Positions 31,189 through 41,382 of a stretch of 64,000 nt of DNA are shown one piece after another. Origin of the DNA: Candidatus Krumholzibacteriia bacterium (lineage in GTDB: Bacteria > Krumholzibacteriota > Krumholzibacteriia > WVZY01). Numbering within the stretch: the stretch's first letter is position 1; the number at the start of each line of letters is the position of its first letter. The notes under the pieces are model-generated. The model had not been told where the DNA came from and did no database searches. It saw only the letters and a program-made list of their open reading frames with translations. The position numbers and the translations under genes were made by a program. The stretch lies in contig JBHHVD010000002.1 of NCBI GenBank assembly GCA_046754105.1, positions 16,484 to 80,483 on the forward strand, written 5' to 3'.

Positions 31189-33816
31189 TCAGCGAGGTGG
31201 AGCCAGGGAGTCCTTGAGACCCTGCAAGAACTTCATGGCGTCCAGGGGGGTGGAACCATCGATGTCAAAATCGCGAATACGGCCCGCCAGGTCATCGGAG
31301 GGTACTCCGGTGGCGGGCGGCCGCGCGTTCGACGGCGCTCCGAACAGCGGTATCTGGCCCTGGTGACGCGCGTCATGCGACAACCCCTGCCGCAGCAGGT
31401 CCCGCCGCAGTTCGAGCGAGTGCAGGATTTCCTCCGCACGCTTGAGCACCGCCGCCGGCAACCCGGCAACCCGTGCCGCGTGGATTCCGTAGCTCCGGTC
31501 GCTGGTACCGGTGACGATCTTGCGCAGAAACATGATGCCGCCCTCCCATTCCCGAATCGAGATCTTGAGATTGACCAGGCGCGGGTAGGTTCGGCGAAGT
31601 TGCGTCAACTCGTGGAAGTGGGTTGCAAAGAGCGTCTTGGGCCTCGCCTTGAAACCCTGCAGCAGGTACTCGGTGACGGCCCACGCAATGCTGAGCCCGT
31701 CGTAGGTGCTTGTGCCCCTGCCCACCTCGTCCAGCAGCACCAGACTGCGGTCCGTCATATTGTCGAGAATGTAAGAGGTCTCCTTCATCTCGACGAGAAA
31801 GGTCGATTCCCCCCGGCTCAGACGCTCACCCGCTCCCACTCTCGTGAAGATCTGGTCGACCAGGCCGATTCGCGCGCGTTGCGCAGGGACAAACGAGCCT
31901 GCCTGCGCCAATAACACGTTCAGCGCCACCTGGCGCAGAAACGTGCTCTTGCCGGACATGTTGGGCCCGGTGATCAGCGCGAACTGCCTGCGGTCCACAT
32001 CGAGGTGGAGATCGTTGGGGACAAATGGCTCCTTGCCGACGTCCTCCAGAACCGGGTGGCGGCTGGCAACCAGTTCGATGACTTTCGATCCGTCGACCAC
32101 CGGACGCCGCAGCGCGTGTCGTCGTGCCGCCGCCGCAATGGATTGAGCAACATCGATGCGCGCCACGGCGAGCGACGTTCTCAGCAGCGACGGCAGCGCG
32201 CCGGCAACCCGGGCACACAATTTCGAATAGTTCTCCTGCTCGCAGGCGATGCGTTTCTCTTCGCTCGCCAGGATCAGTTCCTCCCTGTCCTTGAGTTGCC
32301 GCGTGAAGTACCGCTCGGCGTTGACGAGCGTTTGCTTGCCGACGTAATCTTCCGGGACCGATTTGGCGTGCGCCTTGGACACCTCTATGAAATAGCCGAA
32401 GACTTTGTTGTACCCCACCTTCAACGTCGGGATCCCCGTACGTTGCCTCTCGCGTCGTTCGAGGTTTGCAATCCACACTTTCGCCGATTCACTGTCCTCG
32501 ATCAGCGCGTCGAGGTCGGCGCTGAATCCTTTGCGAATGACACCACCGTCGCGCAGGTGCCCCGGCGGGTCCTCGACAATTGCCCTGCCAATCTCCCCGG
32601 CCAGCTCCTCGTGGTCACCGATGTCGCCGCCGTCCCGCCTCAACAGCACCGACTTCCTCCCCACCACCGCCTCTTTCAATTCCGGGAGTCTCTCGAGCGA
32701 TTCGCGCAAACTGTGAAATTCCCGCGGCACGGCCTTGCGCGAGGCGATACGTGTGGCGATGCGGGGCATATCCTGTATGCCCTTGAGAACTGAGGAGAGA
32801 GTTTCTTGCAGGGAGGTGTCACCGTACACCTCTGAAACGGCATCCAGCCTCTCATCGATACTCTCCACGTCGCAAAGTGGTCTCTGGAGACGGGACCGCA
32901 ATTCCCTTGCCCCCATCGGCGTCGCGGTGCGGTCGACCAACCGTATGAGGGTGGCCTTGGCGTCCCCGCCGTAGAGCGGCTTGAAGATCTCCAGGTTGCG
33001 GATGGTTTCATCGTCCAGCGCCAGGAAATTCGTTGCGGCGAGTTGCCTCGCCTCCACGACCTGCGGCAGCGATCCGCCTTTGAGGGTGCGGCAGTGCGCG
33101 AGCAGCGCGCCCGAAGCGGTGCGGGCGAGTGGAAGCTGCTCGAGCGCCTCCACGTCTCCACGGCCGGCGAACTGCCCCTGCAACACAGCGGCTACAGAGT
33201 CGTCGTCAAAGAGCTCCGGTTCAACCTCCGTCGCGAACGGTTGCCCGATGACGTCCAGCAACGGCGCGAGCATATTCGGCGGGGTGCCTTTGCGGTACAG
33301 CACCTCCCGGATGTGCTTTCCCTGCAGGAGACGCTGCACGTGGAGGGCGTCTTCTTCGCCAAAGAAGAAATCTCCGGTGCTGACATCCACCAGCGAGATA
33401 CCCGCCCGCGGGCCGTCGACCAGGACCAGAAGACAGTAGTTGTGTTCCTTCGCTTCGAGAAGCTTGCCGCTGAGCGACGTCCCCGGTGTCAACACTTCCA
33501 CCACTTCGCGGCGTACCAACCCCTTCGCCTGTGCGGCGTCTTCGACCTGCTCGCAAATGGCGACGCTTCTCCCCGCCGAAAGCAGGCGTGTGATGTAGTT
33601 CTCCGCCGAATGAAACGGCACACCGGCAAGAGGCACCGGATTGGGCTTGTTCTTGTCTCGGGTGGTCAGAGCGATGTTGAGAATACGCGATATGTCAACT
33701 GCATCTTCGTAAAACGTTTCGTAGAAATCCCCAACACGGAACAGCAACACGCAATCGCCGTACTCGGATTTGATATCTCTATACTGCGCCATGAGTGGCG
33801 AGGAATTATTTATCAT
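31189..33816 (-). CDS. mutS: DNA mismatch repair protein MutS
   Basis: GDFYETF, TGPNMSGKST, STFLVEM, DEVGRGTST and FATHFHEL motifs. Confidence 0.97.
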   Translation of the reverse strand: MINNSSPLMAQYRDIKSEYGDCVLLFRVGDFYETFYEDAVDISRILNIALTTRDKNKPNPVPLAGVPFHSAENYITRLLSAGRSVAICEQVEDAAQAKGLVRREVVEVLTPGTSLSGKLLEAKEHNYCLLVLVDGPRAGISLVDVSTGDFFFGEEDALHVQRLLQGKHIREVLYRKGTPPNMLAPLLDVIGQPFATEVEPELFDDDSVAAVLQGQFAGRGDVEALEQLPLARTASGALLAHCRTLKGGSLPQVVEARQLAATNFLALDDETIRNLEIFKPLYGGDAKATLIRLVDRTATPMGARELRSRLQRPLCDVESIDERLDAVSEVYGDTSLQETLSSVLKGIQDMPRIATRIASRKAVPREFHSLRESLERLPELKEAVVGRKSVLLRRDGGDIGDHEELAGEIGRAIVEDPPGHLRDGGVIRKGFSADLDALIEDSESAKVWIANLERRERQRTGIPTLKVGYNKVFGYFIEVSKAHAKSVPEDYVGKQTLVNAERYFTRQLKDREELILASEEKRIACEQENYSKLCARVAGALPSLLRTSLAVARIDVAQSIAAAARRHALRRPVVDGSKVIELVASRHPVLEDVGKEPFVPNDLHLDVDRRQFALITGPNMSGKSTFLRQVALNVLLAQAGSFVPAQRARIGLVDQIFTRVGAGERLSRGESTFLVEMKETSYILDNMTDRSLVLLDEVGRGTSTYDGLSIAWAVTEYLLQGFKARPKTLFATHFHELTQLRRTYPRLVNLKISIREWEGGIMFLRKIVTGTSDRSYGIHAARVAGLPAAVLKRAEEILHSLELRRDLLRQGLSHDARHQGQIPLFGAPSNARPPATGVPSDDLAGRIRDFDIDGSTPLDAMKFLQGLKDSLAPPR

Positions 33817-33817
33817 G

Positions 33818-34834
33818 TTATGGCAGGGGTAAGATAGATACCCGTTCATCAATCTTGGTGGCAATCTGTTCCGCTGTTCTCTCGGCGGCTTCTCGTGTCT
33901 CGAAATACCCGTACCGAACCCGGTGGATCTCCCTGTTGTTTACCAGCCCGCTGTCGACGCGGATGCCCGGCAGGTCCCTCTTGAGGCTCGCCGCCAGTTT
34001 GATCGCGTTCGTTCGGTCATGAAACGCGCCGAACTGGATCGTATAGCCCGCCTTTGGGCGTGTGCGCCCCTCGTCGGCTGCCTTCTCCTGGGAGCGATCG
34101 TCGAAGTGCTCCGTCATTCGCTCCAACTTCTGCCCGGCGAGCAGCGCCTCGGGCGTGTTCTTGAACTCCGCGATGACTTCTTCGAACGCCCTTCTGGCGT
34201 CTCGGCCGCTGCCCTGTTTTTCCAGGCACTCCGCGTACCGATACATCGCGGTCGGGCTGATCGCCGTGCGGGCGATCGCGCGGTACCTTCGGCATGCCTC
34301 CTCGACGTTGTGCGTGTTCATCTCGATATCGGCCAGGGATAGATAGGCCCACGGCCGGTACTTTCCGCGTCGCACGCGCTGCAGCGCGGTACGCGCCCTC
34401 GCGTAGCTCTTCGACATCACCGCCGACATGCCCTGAAAAAAGCAGGCCTCCTCGGAAACGCCGCAGGCTTGTGATGATTCGAGGATCTCGAACGCCTTGC
34501 CGTAGTTCCCGAGTGCGTATTGAATCTTGGCGAGCTCGACCCGGGCCGCGGCAGCCCATTCGCCCCCCGTATGGAGGCGTATGACTTCCTGGTAGATGAT
34601 TTCGGCTTCCGACGCCGAACTCTTGAGACCGGCCAGCAGATACAGCGCTTCCTGCCGGCGCTCGCCGGAGAGCGTCTTCGCGATGTCCACCAGCTTGCTT
34701 TCCGCCAGGTCATAGCGCAGGCGCGTGATATCCCGTCTCGCGCTCTGGATACTCGCCGCTACCGCGGAATCGGCGAACCAGGCCGGCACGAGGACGTGCG
34801 CGGCGCACAGCGCTACAATGACTCTACGTTTCAT
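33818..34834 (-). CDS. exported TPR + SPOR domain protein
   Basis: signal peptide; TPR-like repeats; C-terminal YTIQFGAF..NA..RVRYGYF SPOR domain. Confidence 0.8.
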   Translation of the reverse strand: MKRRVIVALCAAHVLVPAWFADSAVAASIQSARRDITRLRYDLAESKLVDIAKTLSGERRQEALYLLAGLKSSASEAEIIYQEVIRLHTGGEWAAAARVELAKIQYALGNYGKAFEILESSQACGVSEEACFFQGMSAVMSKSYARARTALQRVRRGKYRPWAYLSLADIEMNTHNVEEACRRYRAIARTAISPTAMYRYAECLEKQGSGRDARRAFEEVIAEFKNTPEALLAGQKLERMTEHFDDRSQEKAADEGRTRPKAGYTIQFGAFHDRTNAIKLAASLKRDLPGIRVDSGLVNNREIHRVRYGYFETREAAERTAEQIATKIDERVSILPLP

Positions 34835-35975
34835 TGTTGGAGGAGAAAGAATCGAAGCTGTTGCAGTTCGGGCAATGCCAGCGCATGGTAGCGGATTGAT
34901 ACTCGCACCGGTTGCAGGAGTACTGGCGCGCGTGCGATACCTCTCGTATCGACTTGTCCAGAAAGCCCTCGACGGTCTCGGCGTCACGAAGCCGGCTGTA
35001 GAACGACGTCAACATCAGGGAGGCGCGTATCGATTGTGGGCGCGCCGCGACGTAGCTCTCCAGCAGCTCGATGGCCTCCTCCCCCCTTCCCTGCTTCTTG
35101 TAGAAACGCGCGAGCGCGAGATTCGCAGCTTCATCCTCGGCACGAGCCGACCTCACCTGGTCGTACACCTTCTCGATCTCGCTGAAGCGGCCTTCGTCGA
35201 ACAACGTGCTTTCCAGCTTCGGCAAGACCGCGCCCGAGAGCTCCGGCGAGAGCACGGCGACACGTTTCCAGTGGTCGATGGCGTTGTCGAGATCGTTTGA
35301 GTCTCTTGCGAGATCGCCGAGGGCCAACAGGCAGGGCGCGCACTCCGGGTCGTGCTTGAGCGCGCGCTGCAGGAGCTTCCTCGCCTCGCGCGGCTCGTTC
35401 TTTTCCACCAGGGTCTCCGCCGCCGACGTCAGGAAAAGGGCCAACTCGCGCTCCCCCACACCGCCGAGTTTGCGAGCCTCTCTGAGCACTTCGTATGCCT
35501 TTTCATCATCACCGGTCTCCCGATGGCGCGCGGCGAGAGTGAGGAGGACGTCTGGCTCCTTGATACCGAGGTTTCGCACCGCGGCGTCGAGCACGCGTAT
35601 CGATTTCTCCGGACTGCCCATCCGCGCGTAATCTGCGGCCAGGTTCAAGTACAACTCGACCTTTTCACTCTTCGAAAGGTCTGTCTTTACCGTCAGGCTT
35701 TGATGGATCTGTAACGCCTTCGAGACGTCACCACGGTCCCGCAGCAGTGAGCCCAGCTTGATATACGCGTCGGTGGGAGCGGTCCCGCCCTTCACCGATT
35801 CCTGCAGCCTCGCAAACGCCGCCTCACTGTCACCGTCTACAAGCAGTTTCAGTGCGTCGATATACGGGTCATGGCGGGCGGGTCCGCGGCGTCTGCCGCG
35901 GTAGACAAAGAAGAGGGCGCCGAGCACGGCAATCACGGCCGCGGCGAGAAGATAAAGATAAACGGGTATGCCCAT
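34824..35975 (-). CDS. lapB: LPS assembly protein LapB (YciM)-like
   Basis: N-terminal TM, TPR repeats, C-terminal CNRC...CPNC rubredoxin; adjacent to lapA. Confidence 0.8.
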   Translation of the reverse strand: MGIPVYLYLLAAAVIAVLGALFFVYRGRRRGPARHDPYIDALKLLVDGDSEAAFARLQESVKGGTAPTDAYIKLGSLLRDRGDVSKALQIHQSLTVKTDLSKSEKVELYLNLAADYARMGSPEKSIRVLDAAVRNLGIKEPDVLLTLAARHRETGDDEKAYEVLREARKLGGVGERELALFLTSAAETLVEKNEPREARKLLQRALKHDPECAPCLLALGDLARDSNDLDNAIDHWKRVAVLSPELSGAVLPKLESTLFDEGRFSEIEKVYDQVRSARAEDEAANLALARFYKKQGRGEEAIELLESYVAARPQSIRASLMLTSFYSRLRDAETVEGFLDKSIREVSHARQYSCNRCEYQSATMRWHCPNCNSFDSFSSNNET

Positions 35976-35990
35976 AAGCGTACGGGGGCC

Positions 35991-36317
35991 CTACAGGCTC
36001 ATCGTCGATTCTTCGCCGCCGCTGTCGCCTTCCTCCAGCGGCAGATTGCGCAGCGCGGCGAGCTCGCGCTCGAGCCTGTAGACCTCTCTCTGTTTTTGAC
36101 TCACCGTGTGCCGCAACTGAAATTCGCTGAAAATGAAGATGAGAAACGAGAAGACCATGCCGGCGGCAAATACGACGAGCAGCAGCAGGTTCAACGTCAT
36201 CTGGGGAAACACCTTAGTGAAAAACGTGAAATCCACCCTCTGATCGGCATTGTTCATACCGATCCACAGAAATGCGATCACGCCGACAAGGATTATCACG
36301 CTACGAATCAGCCACAC
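35991..36317 (-). CDS. lapA: LapA family membrane protein
   Basis: two TM helices plus a coiled coil ending LRNLPL; rpsA-lapA-lapB synteny. Confidence 0.78.
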   Translation of the reverse strand: MWLIRSVIILVGVIAFLWIGMNNADQRVDFTFFTKVFPQMTLNLLLLVVFAAGMVFSFLIFIFSEFQLRHTVSQKQREVYRLERELAALRNLPLEEGDSGGEESTMSL

Positions 36318-36418
36318 GTCCGTTGCCTCCTTCGCTTTCGGGCTAGATCATGAGTCGTTTCGCCGTACCGGTCAATCAAAATTCGGGCCAACAGAAGACA
36401 CCAACGCCCGGCGATCTC

Positions 36419-36510
36419 AAAAAAAAGCCGTCTCCACCGAAGCCGGGAGCGCACTGGGCACCCCCCATTGGGCTCGGATGGAGACAGCGGAAAAAAAGCC
36501 GGACTCGGCG
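36419..36510 (-). terminator. two tandem hairpin + U-tract elements after rpsA
   Basis: GCCG-AGTC-CGGC-T7, then GCTGTCTCCA...TGGAGACGGC-T8. Confidence 0.6.
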
Positions 36511-36514
36511 TCTA

Positions 36515-38704
36515 TCAGGCTTCCTTCTCGTCCCCTTCGTCAGGGGCCTTCTCCGGCTCGGTGTCCCCTTCGCCACGGGCCTTCTCCAGCGCCGCGTCCC
36601 CTTCTTCGTCAGGGCCCTTCTCCCGTGCGGCGTCCTCCGCCTCTTCGGGTTCCGCAGGCGGCGCTGGCGAGTCCTCTGCAACCGCCGCGGCAAGAGATGG
36701 CTCCGTTGCCGGCCCTGCTTCGGGGGCCGGTGTCGCGACGGTCTCCTCACCGGCAACGACGGCTTTGGGAGCCGGCGCTTCGACCGCCTCCGCAACGGTG
36801 GTCTCCGACGCGGCGCCATCTCCCGCCCCGCCCGTAGACGTTCCATCGGTTTTGGCGCTGTCATCGTGGCCGGCAGCATCGGCCGCCCGTTGCTCGCTCG
36901 GCAGGGGTTCCTTGATCGGAAACCGCGCGTGAAACCCCTGGACCTCGTCGTCGTCCTTGCCTTTCAAGAAGGCCGCTATACTGAGGACGATGCGCTTGTT
37001 CTTCGGATCGATCTTGATCACCTTCAACGGTAGCCGATCTCCATCCGAGAAACAATCCTCTGGGTGCTTCAAATCCGGCTTGGCCATCTGCCCCACAGGT
37101 ACGAAACCTTCGACGTCGGGGCGAAGCTCCACGACCGCTCCACGCTCCAGGATTCGAGTCACCGTGCCTTCCGCCACCGTGTCGATCGCGTAATCGATCG
37201 CGAGCGACTCCCACGGATTCTCGGACAGCTGTTTCATCCCCAGGCTGATGCGCTTCTTTTCCTGGCTGATGTCCAGCACGACTATCTGGATTTCATCGCC
37301 TTTCTTTACCATCTCGCTGGGATGCCGCACTCGTTTGGCCCACGACATGTCTGAAATGTGAAGCAACCCGTCTATTCCGTCTTCGATCTCGACGAACGCG
37401 CCGAAGTTGGTCAGGTTGCGAACCTTGCCGTCGAGCAGCGTGCCGACAGGGTATTTCTTCTCTATCTGACTCCACGGATCGGGTTCAACCTGTTTGAGCC
37501 CAAGTGAGATTTTTTGGTGTTCCTTGTCAACCTTCAACACCATCGCCTCGACGGTTTCGCCGATCGAGAGCACCTTCGACGGGTGGCGGACGTGACGCGT
37601 CCAGGACATTTCCGATATGTGGATCAGTCCCTCCACGCCCCGCTCCAACTCGATGAACGCACCGTAGTCGGTAATGCTCACGACCTTGCCGTTCACCTTC
37701 TCGCCGACAATGTAGCGGTCCTCGACGCCGTCCCACGGGTGGGGCGTCAACTGCTTGAGACCGAGAGAGATCTTCTCCCGCTCCTTGTCAAAATCGAGGA
37801 TCTTGACCTCGATCGTGTCACCGATCGACACGACCTCCGACGGGTGGCCGATCCGTCCCCACGTCATATCGGTCAGGTGCAGTAAACCGTCGATGCCACC
37901 GAGATCGACAAACGCGCCGAAGTCAGTGATGTTCTTGACGATGCCCTCGCGGACCTCTCCGTTTTCCAGTTCGCTGAGGAGCGTCTTCTTTTGAGCCTCC
38001 CGCTGCTGCTCCAGCACCGTGCGGCGGGAAATGACGATGTTCCGTCGTCGCTTGTTGATCTTTATAATCTTGAATTGCAGGGTCTGGCCGATTAGATCGT
38101 CCAGGTTGGGTACCTGCCGCAGGGCGATCTGGCTGCCGGGCAGAAACGCGTCGACCCCCAGGAGATCGACGACCAGCCCTCCCTTGATGCGGCGCGACAC
38201 ACGGCCTTCCATTATCTGGGAGGCGTCGTGTCCGTTCTTGATTTCGTCCCATACCTTGAAGAAGTCGGCTTTTTCCTTGGAGAGGACGACGAGGCCGTCC
38301 TGGTTCTCCAGTTTCTCGAGGTACACGTCGATCTCGTCGCCGGTGTTGATCTGGGCAAAATCCCTGAACTCGGAAACGGGTATCGTCCCCTCGCTCTTGA
38401 AACCAACGTCGACGATTATCTCGTTCTCCCGGATCTCGGTCACCGCGCCCTTTACGATTTGGCCCTCCTCGAAAATGTTTACCGTTTTCTCGAGTTCTTC
38501 ACTGAGGGTTGCAATGGCCGTATCGTCGAACGGGTTGGCCTCGCGCTCGGCCTCTACCGCGTCCAGTTGCTCGAACTGCGCGTACACTGGCGAGCGGCGT
38601 GACGCCCCGCCCGAGTGTTTGCGGCCCGGCGTCTGTTCCGCGCCGCCGTTTGAGTTTGTGTCTTCTCCCGGCGTCTCTCTCGCGCCGAGCTGTCCGTCTA
38701 CCAT
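36515..38704 (-). CDS. rpsA: 30S ribosomal protein S1
   Basis: six S1 repeats (FGAFVDLGGIDGLLH etc.); extended termini. Confidence 0.97.
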   Translation of the reverse strand: MVDGQLGARETPGEDTNSNGGAEQTPGRKHSGGASRRSPVYAQFEQLDAVEAEREANPFDDTAIATLSEELEKTVNIFEEGQIVKGAVTEIRENEIIVDVGFKSEGTIPVSEFRDFAQINTGDEIDVYLEKLENQDGLVVLSKEKADFFKVWDEIKNGHDASQIMEGRVSRRIKGGLVVDLLGVDAFLPGSQIALRQVPNLDDLIGQTLQFKIIKINKRRRNIVISRRTVLEQQREAQKKTLLSELENGEVREGIVKNITDFGAFVDLGGIDGLLHLTDMTWGRIGHPSEVVSIGDTIEVKILDFDKEREKISLGLKQLTPHPWDGVEDRYIVGEKVNGKVVSITDYGAFIELERGVEGLIHISEMSWTRHVRHPSKVLSIGETVEAMVLKVDKEHQKISLGLKQVEPDPWSQIEKKYPVGTLLDGKVRNLTNFGAFVEIEDGIDGLLHISDMSWAKRVRHPSEMVKKGDEIQIVVLDISQEKKRISLGMKQLSENPWESLAIDYAIDTVAEGTVTRILERGAVVELRPDVEGFVPVGQMAKPDLKHPEDCFSDGDRLPLKVIKIDPKNKRIVLSIAAFLKGKDDDEVQGFHARFPIKEPLPSEQRAADAAGHDDSAKTDGTSTGGAGDGAASETTVAEAVEAPAPKAVVAGEETVATPAPEAGPATEPSLAAAVAEDSPAPPAEPEEAEDAAREKGPDEEGDAALEKARGEGDTEPEKAPDEGDEKEA

Positions 38705-38752
38705 GTGTAAATTCCCCCTTTATATGGATTTGTCAAAAAAATTGACCCGTGA

Positions 38753-38781
38753 ATGATACGGTCCGAACGTGATAAATGCAA
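38753..38781 (-). promoter_or_regulatory. sigma70-type promoter for rpsA
   Basis: TTGCAT - 17 nt - TATCAT. Confidence 0.55.
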
Positions 38782-38837
38782 GCGGAAAGTCAATATAGCC
38801 GGCCCGCGCCCGCCTGGCGGCCCCCCCCTGGCGGCCG

Positions 38838-40226
38838 CTAGCAGGTCCCCGCCCCCGGCGGGCGCTGGTGCTCGTCCTGGAGCGCCTCGATCGCGCACAT
38901 CACCATGGCCCCGAAGTCACGGTAGTGCTCCGGGTCCTGGTATTTCGACAGATCGGTGTCCGTCAGCCGCATGGGGCGGCCGTGGATGACTGTGAGATGA
39001 GGTTTTCGAAAGAGGGATCGTTTCAGACTCAACGTGCCGTCGACGTACATGGGGTAGACAGGTTTGCCCGACTTGAGAGCGAGGTAGCCCGCGCCCGCCT
39101 TGGGAGGCCGCAGCCGGGCGCTCCTCGATCGTCCGCCCTCTGGAAAGATGAGGATCGAGTGTCCCTGTTCCAGCAGATCGAGGAAGGTATCCAGTGCGGC
39201 GCGGTCGAACGCCCCGCGCCGGATCGGCACGGCGTTGACCTTCGATATCACCCACCCGAAAGGCCTGAACCGGAACAGCGCCCGCTTCGCCACAAAAAAC
39301 AGGTTGCGCTGAATGGTCGAGCCGACGATCGGCGGATCACCATTCGAGCGGTGGTTGCAGGCATAGATATAGTTTTCCGCGTATTGGCGATGATCCCTGT
39401 GCACCACGCGCATGCCCCAGAACACCTTCGCAATCAGAAAAAAGAACCATTGCCCGGCGCGCAGGGCCGGATTGCGCTTCCGCAGGAGCCGCACACGGCC
39501 TGGATTGTCCAGCAGGCCGACAATCCGCGCCGCCGCCACCTCTGCCGTCGCGACTACCTGTTCGATCTGTTCCTCGATCGTGAGGCGCGACGTGTCGACG
39601 ATACGAGCGCCGATGGGGATTCTCAGGGGACTCAGCGAGCGGGTGCTGTCATAGTGATCCCGCGCTTGCAACTCCGAGCGCACTGCCTCGAGGGACGTCG
39701 CGGTGCCGCGCGCTTCGAGTTCGGCACGCCGGCGCGCGGCCCGCACGTCGATCGACGCGTCGAGGTAGATTTTAACGTGCGCGCTGGGCAACACGACGCT
39801 CCCGATGTCGCGTCCTTCGAGCACGACACCGCCCTGGTCCGAGAAAGCCCTCTGCCTCCGCACCATCGCGTGACGGACTTCCGCATGGGTGCTCACCAGT
39901 GACACCTGCCGCGTGATTTCCGGCGAGCGAATGGCCTGGGTAACATCCTCTCCGTCCATGACCACGGCCTGCCCCGCCTCACCATCCACGAAGTCGATGT
40001 CCGCGCCTGCGGCGACCCTTCCCACCGCCCCCGCGTTCCCGAGGTCCACACCCTCGCCCATCGCCTTCAAGGTTATGGCCCGGTACATCGCGCCGGTGTC
40101 CACGTGCCGTAAGCCCAGCCGGCGCGCGACGCCCCTCGCCGTCGTCGTCTTGCCGGAGGCGGACGGTCCGTCGATCGCGATGACCATTTCGCGCACGATG
40201 TCTTCTCTGGTTGTGGGAGGGCTCAT
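38838..40226 (-). CDS. cmk: cytidylate kinase fused to a PlsC-type acyltransferase
   Basis: IDGPSASGKTT, DTGAMYR and EGRDIG motifs; C-terminal NHRSNGD and FPEGGR. Confidence 0.92.
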   Translation of the reverse strand: MSPPTTREDIVREMVIAIDGPSASGKTTTARGVARRLGLRHVDTGAMYRAITLKAMGEGVDLGNAGAVGRVAAGADIDFVDGEAGQAVVMDGEDVTQAIRSPEITRQVSLVSTHAEVRHAMVRRQRAFSDQGGVVLEGRDIGSVVLPSAHVKIYLDASIDVRAARRRAELEARGTATSLEAVRSELQARDHYDSTRSLSPLRIPIGARIVDTSRLTIEEQIEQVVATAEVAAARIVGLLDNPGRVRLLRKRNPALRAGQWFFFLIAKVFWGMRVVHRDHRQYAENYIYACNHRSNGDPPIVGSTIQRNLFFVAKRALFRFRPFGWVISKVNAVPIRRGAFDRAALDTFLDLLEQGHSILIFPEGGRSRSARLRPPKAGAGYLALKSGKPVYPMYVDGTLSLKRSLFRKPHLTVIHGRPMRLTDTDLSKYQDPEHYRDFGAMVMCAIEALQDEHQRPPGAGTC

Positions 40227-40263
40227 ATCGACCGCCCGGTCTGCGGTAGCGCTCGCACCCCCA

Positions 40264-41382
40264 CTACCGGTCCTGCGCGAGTAGGGCTTCGATCGCGTCC
40301 ATGAAACGCGTATTTTCGTCGGGTGTCCCCATGTTGACGCGGAACGAGTTCTCCGGTGCTCCGAACGGAGCCATGGGACGAACGATGATGCCTTGTTCCT
40401 CGAGCCTTCCGCAAATATCCCCGGAAAAACTGTCGGGAACCACGAACAAGAAGTTTGTCTGGGACGCGGGACACGTGCAACCCAGGGAGAGAATTGCCTC
40501 GCGCATGCGCTGGCGCTCCGCGACGATCTCCGAGATCACACCGGATAGCTCAGCTCTGCAGTCGAGGGCGGTCATGGCTGCCGCCTGCGCGAGCCGGTTG
40601 ACGTTGAACGGCTGCCGCATTTTGTGCAGGATACCCACTACCCGCGGGTCGGCCAGTGCGTAGCCGATGCGCAGGCCGGCGAGCGAATAGAACTTTGAAA
40701 ACGTCCGCAGGACAATCAGGTTCTCTTGCAGCCTGCGCAACGCGAGACTGTCCGGATAGTCGGGAGCCGTGACGAATTCATGATAGGCCTCGTCGAGAAC
40801 GACCAGCGTGTGGTCGGGCACCTCCCGCAGGAAGGCCTCCACCTGCCGGGTGTCGTTATAGGTCGCCGTGGGGTTGTTCGGATTACAGATCCATACGATC
40901 CGCGTCTTGTCATTTATCGCCGCAGCCATCGCGGGCAGGTCATGCGTGTAATCCCGGCACGGCACTGCAACCCTGCCGACGCCGCACTGCTGGCAAACGA
41001 GATCGTAAATAAGGAAACTCAATTGTGAAAACACGCAATTCTCGCCGGTGTCGACGTAGGCGCGGACCAGCAGGTCGAGGATCTCGTTGGTGCCGTTTGC
41101 AACAAACACTTCCTCCATCTCCACGCCGTGGGCCTTCGCTAGCTTTCGCGTGAGTTCGGGCGCACCGGACTCGGGGTAACGGTTACCGCTCTCGATCGCC
41201 TCTACGAGTGCCTGCTTGATCCTTGCGGCCGGTGGGTACGGGTTTTCGTTCGACGCCAGTTTGATGACGGGCTGGCTGGACCTGCCCTCCCGCTGCGCCT
41301 GTTCGATCGGCTTTCCCGGTTTGTACGGAATGATGCCGCGGAGAAACGGCCTGGCCAGCTTGTCAAGATCCACGTTCATCAC
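40264..41382 (-). CDS. hisC: histidinol-phosphate aminotransferase
   Basis: YKPGK, KLASNENP, NPNNPT, DEAY and RTFSK..LAGLRIGY motifs. Confidence 0.95.
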   Translation of the reverse strand: MMNVDLDKLARPFLRGIIPYKPGKPIEQAQREGRSSQPVIKLASNENPYPPAARIKQALVEAIESGNRYPESGAPELTRKLAKAHGVEMEEVFVANGTNEILDLLVRAYVDTGENCVFSQLSFLIYDLVCQQCGVGRVAVPCRDYTHDLPAMAAAINDKTRIVWICNPNNPTATYNDTRQVEAFLREVPDHTLVVLDEAYHEFVTAPDYPDSLALRRLQENLIVLRTFSKFYSLAGLRIGYALADPRVVGILHKMRQPFNVNRLAQAAAMTALDCRAELSGVISEIVAERQRMREAILSLGCTCPASQTNFLFVVPDSFSGDICGRLEEQGIIVRPMAPFGAPENSFRVNMGTPDENTRFMDAIEALLAQDR

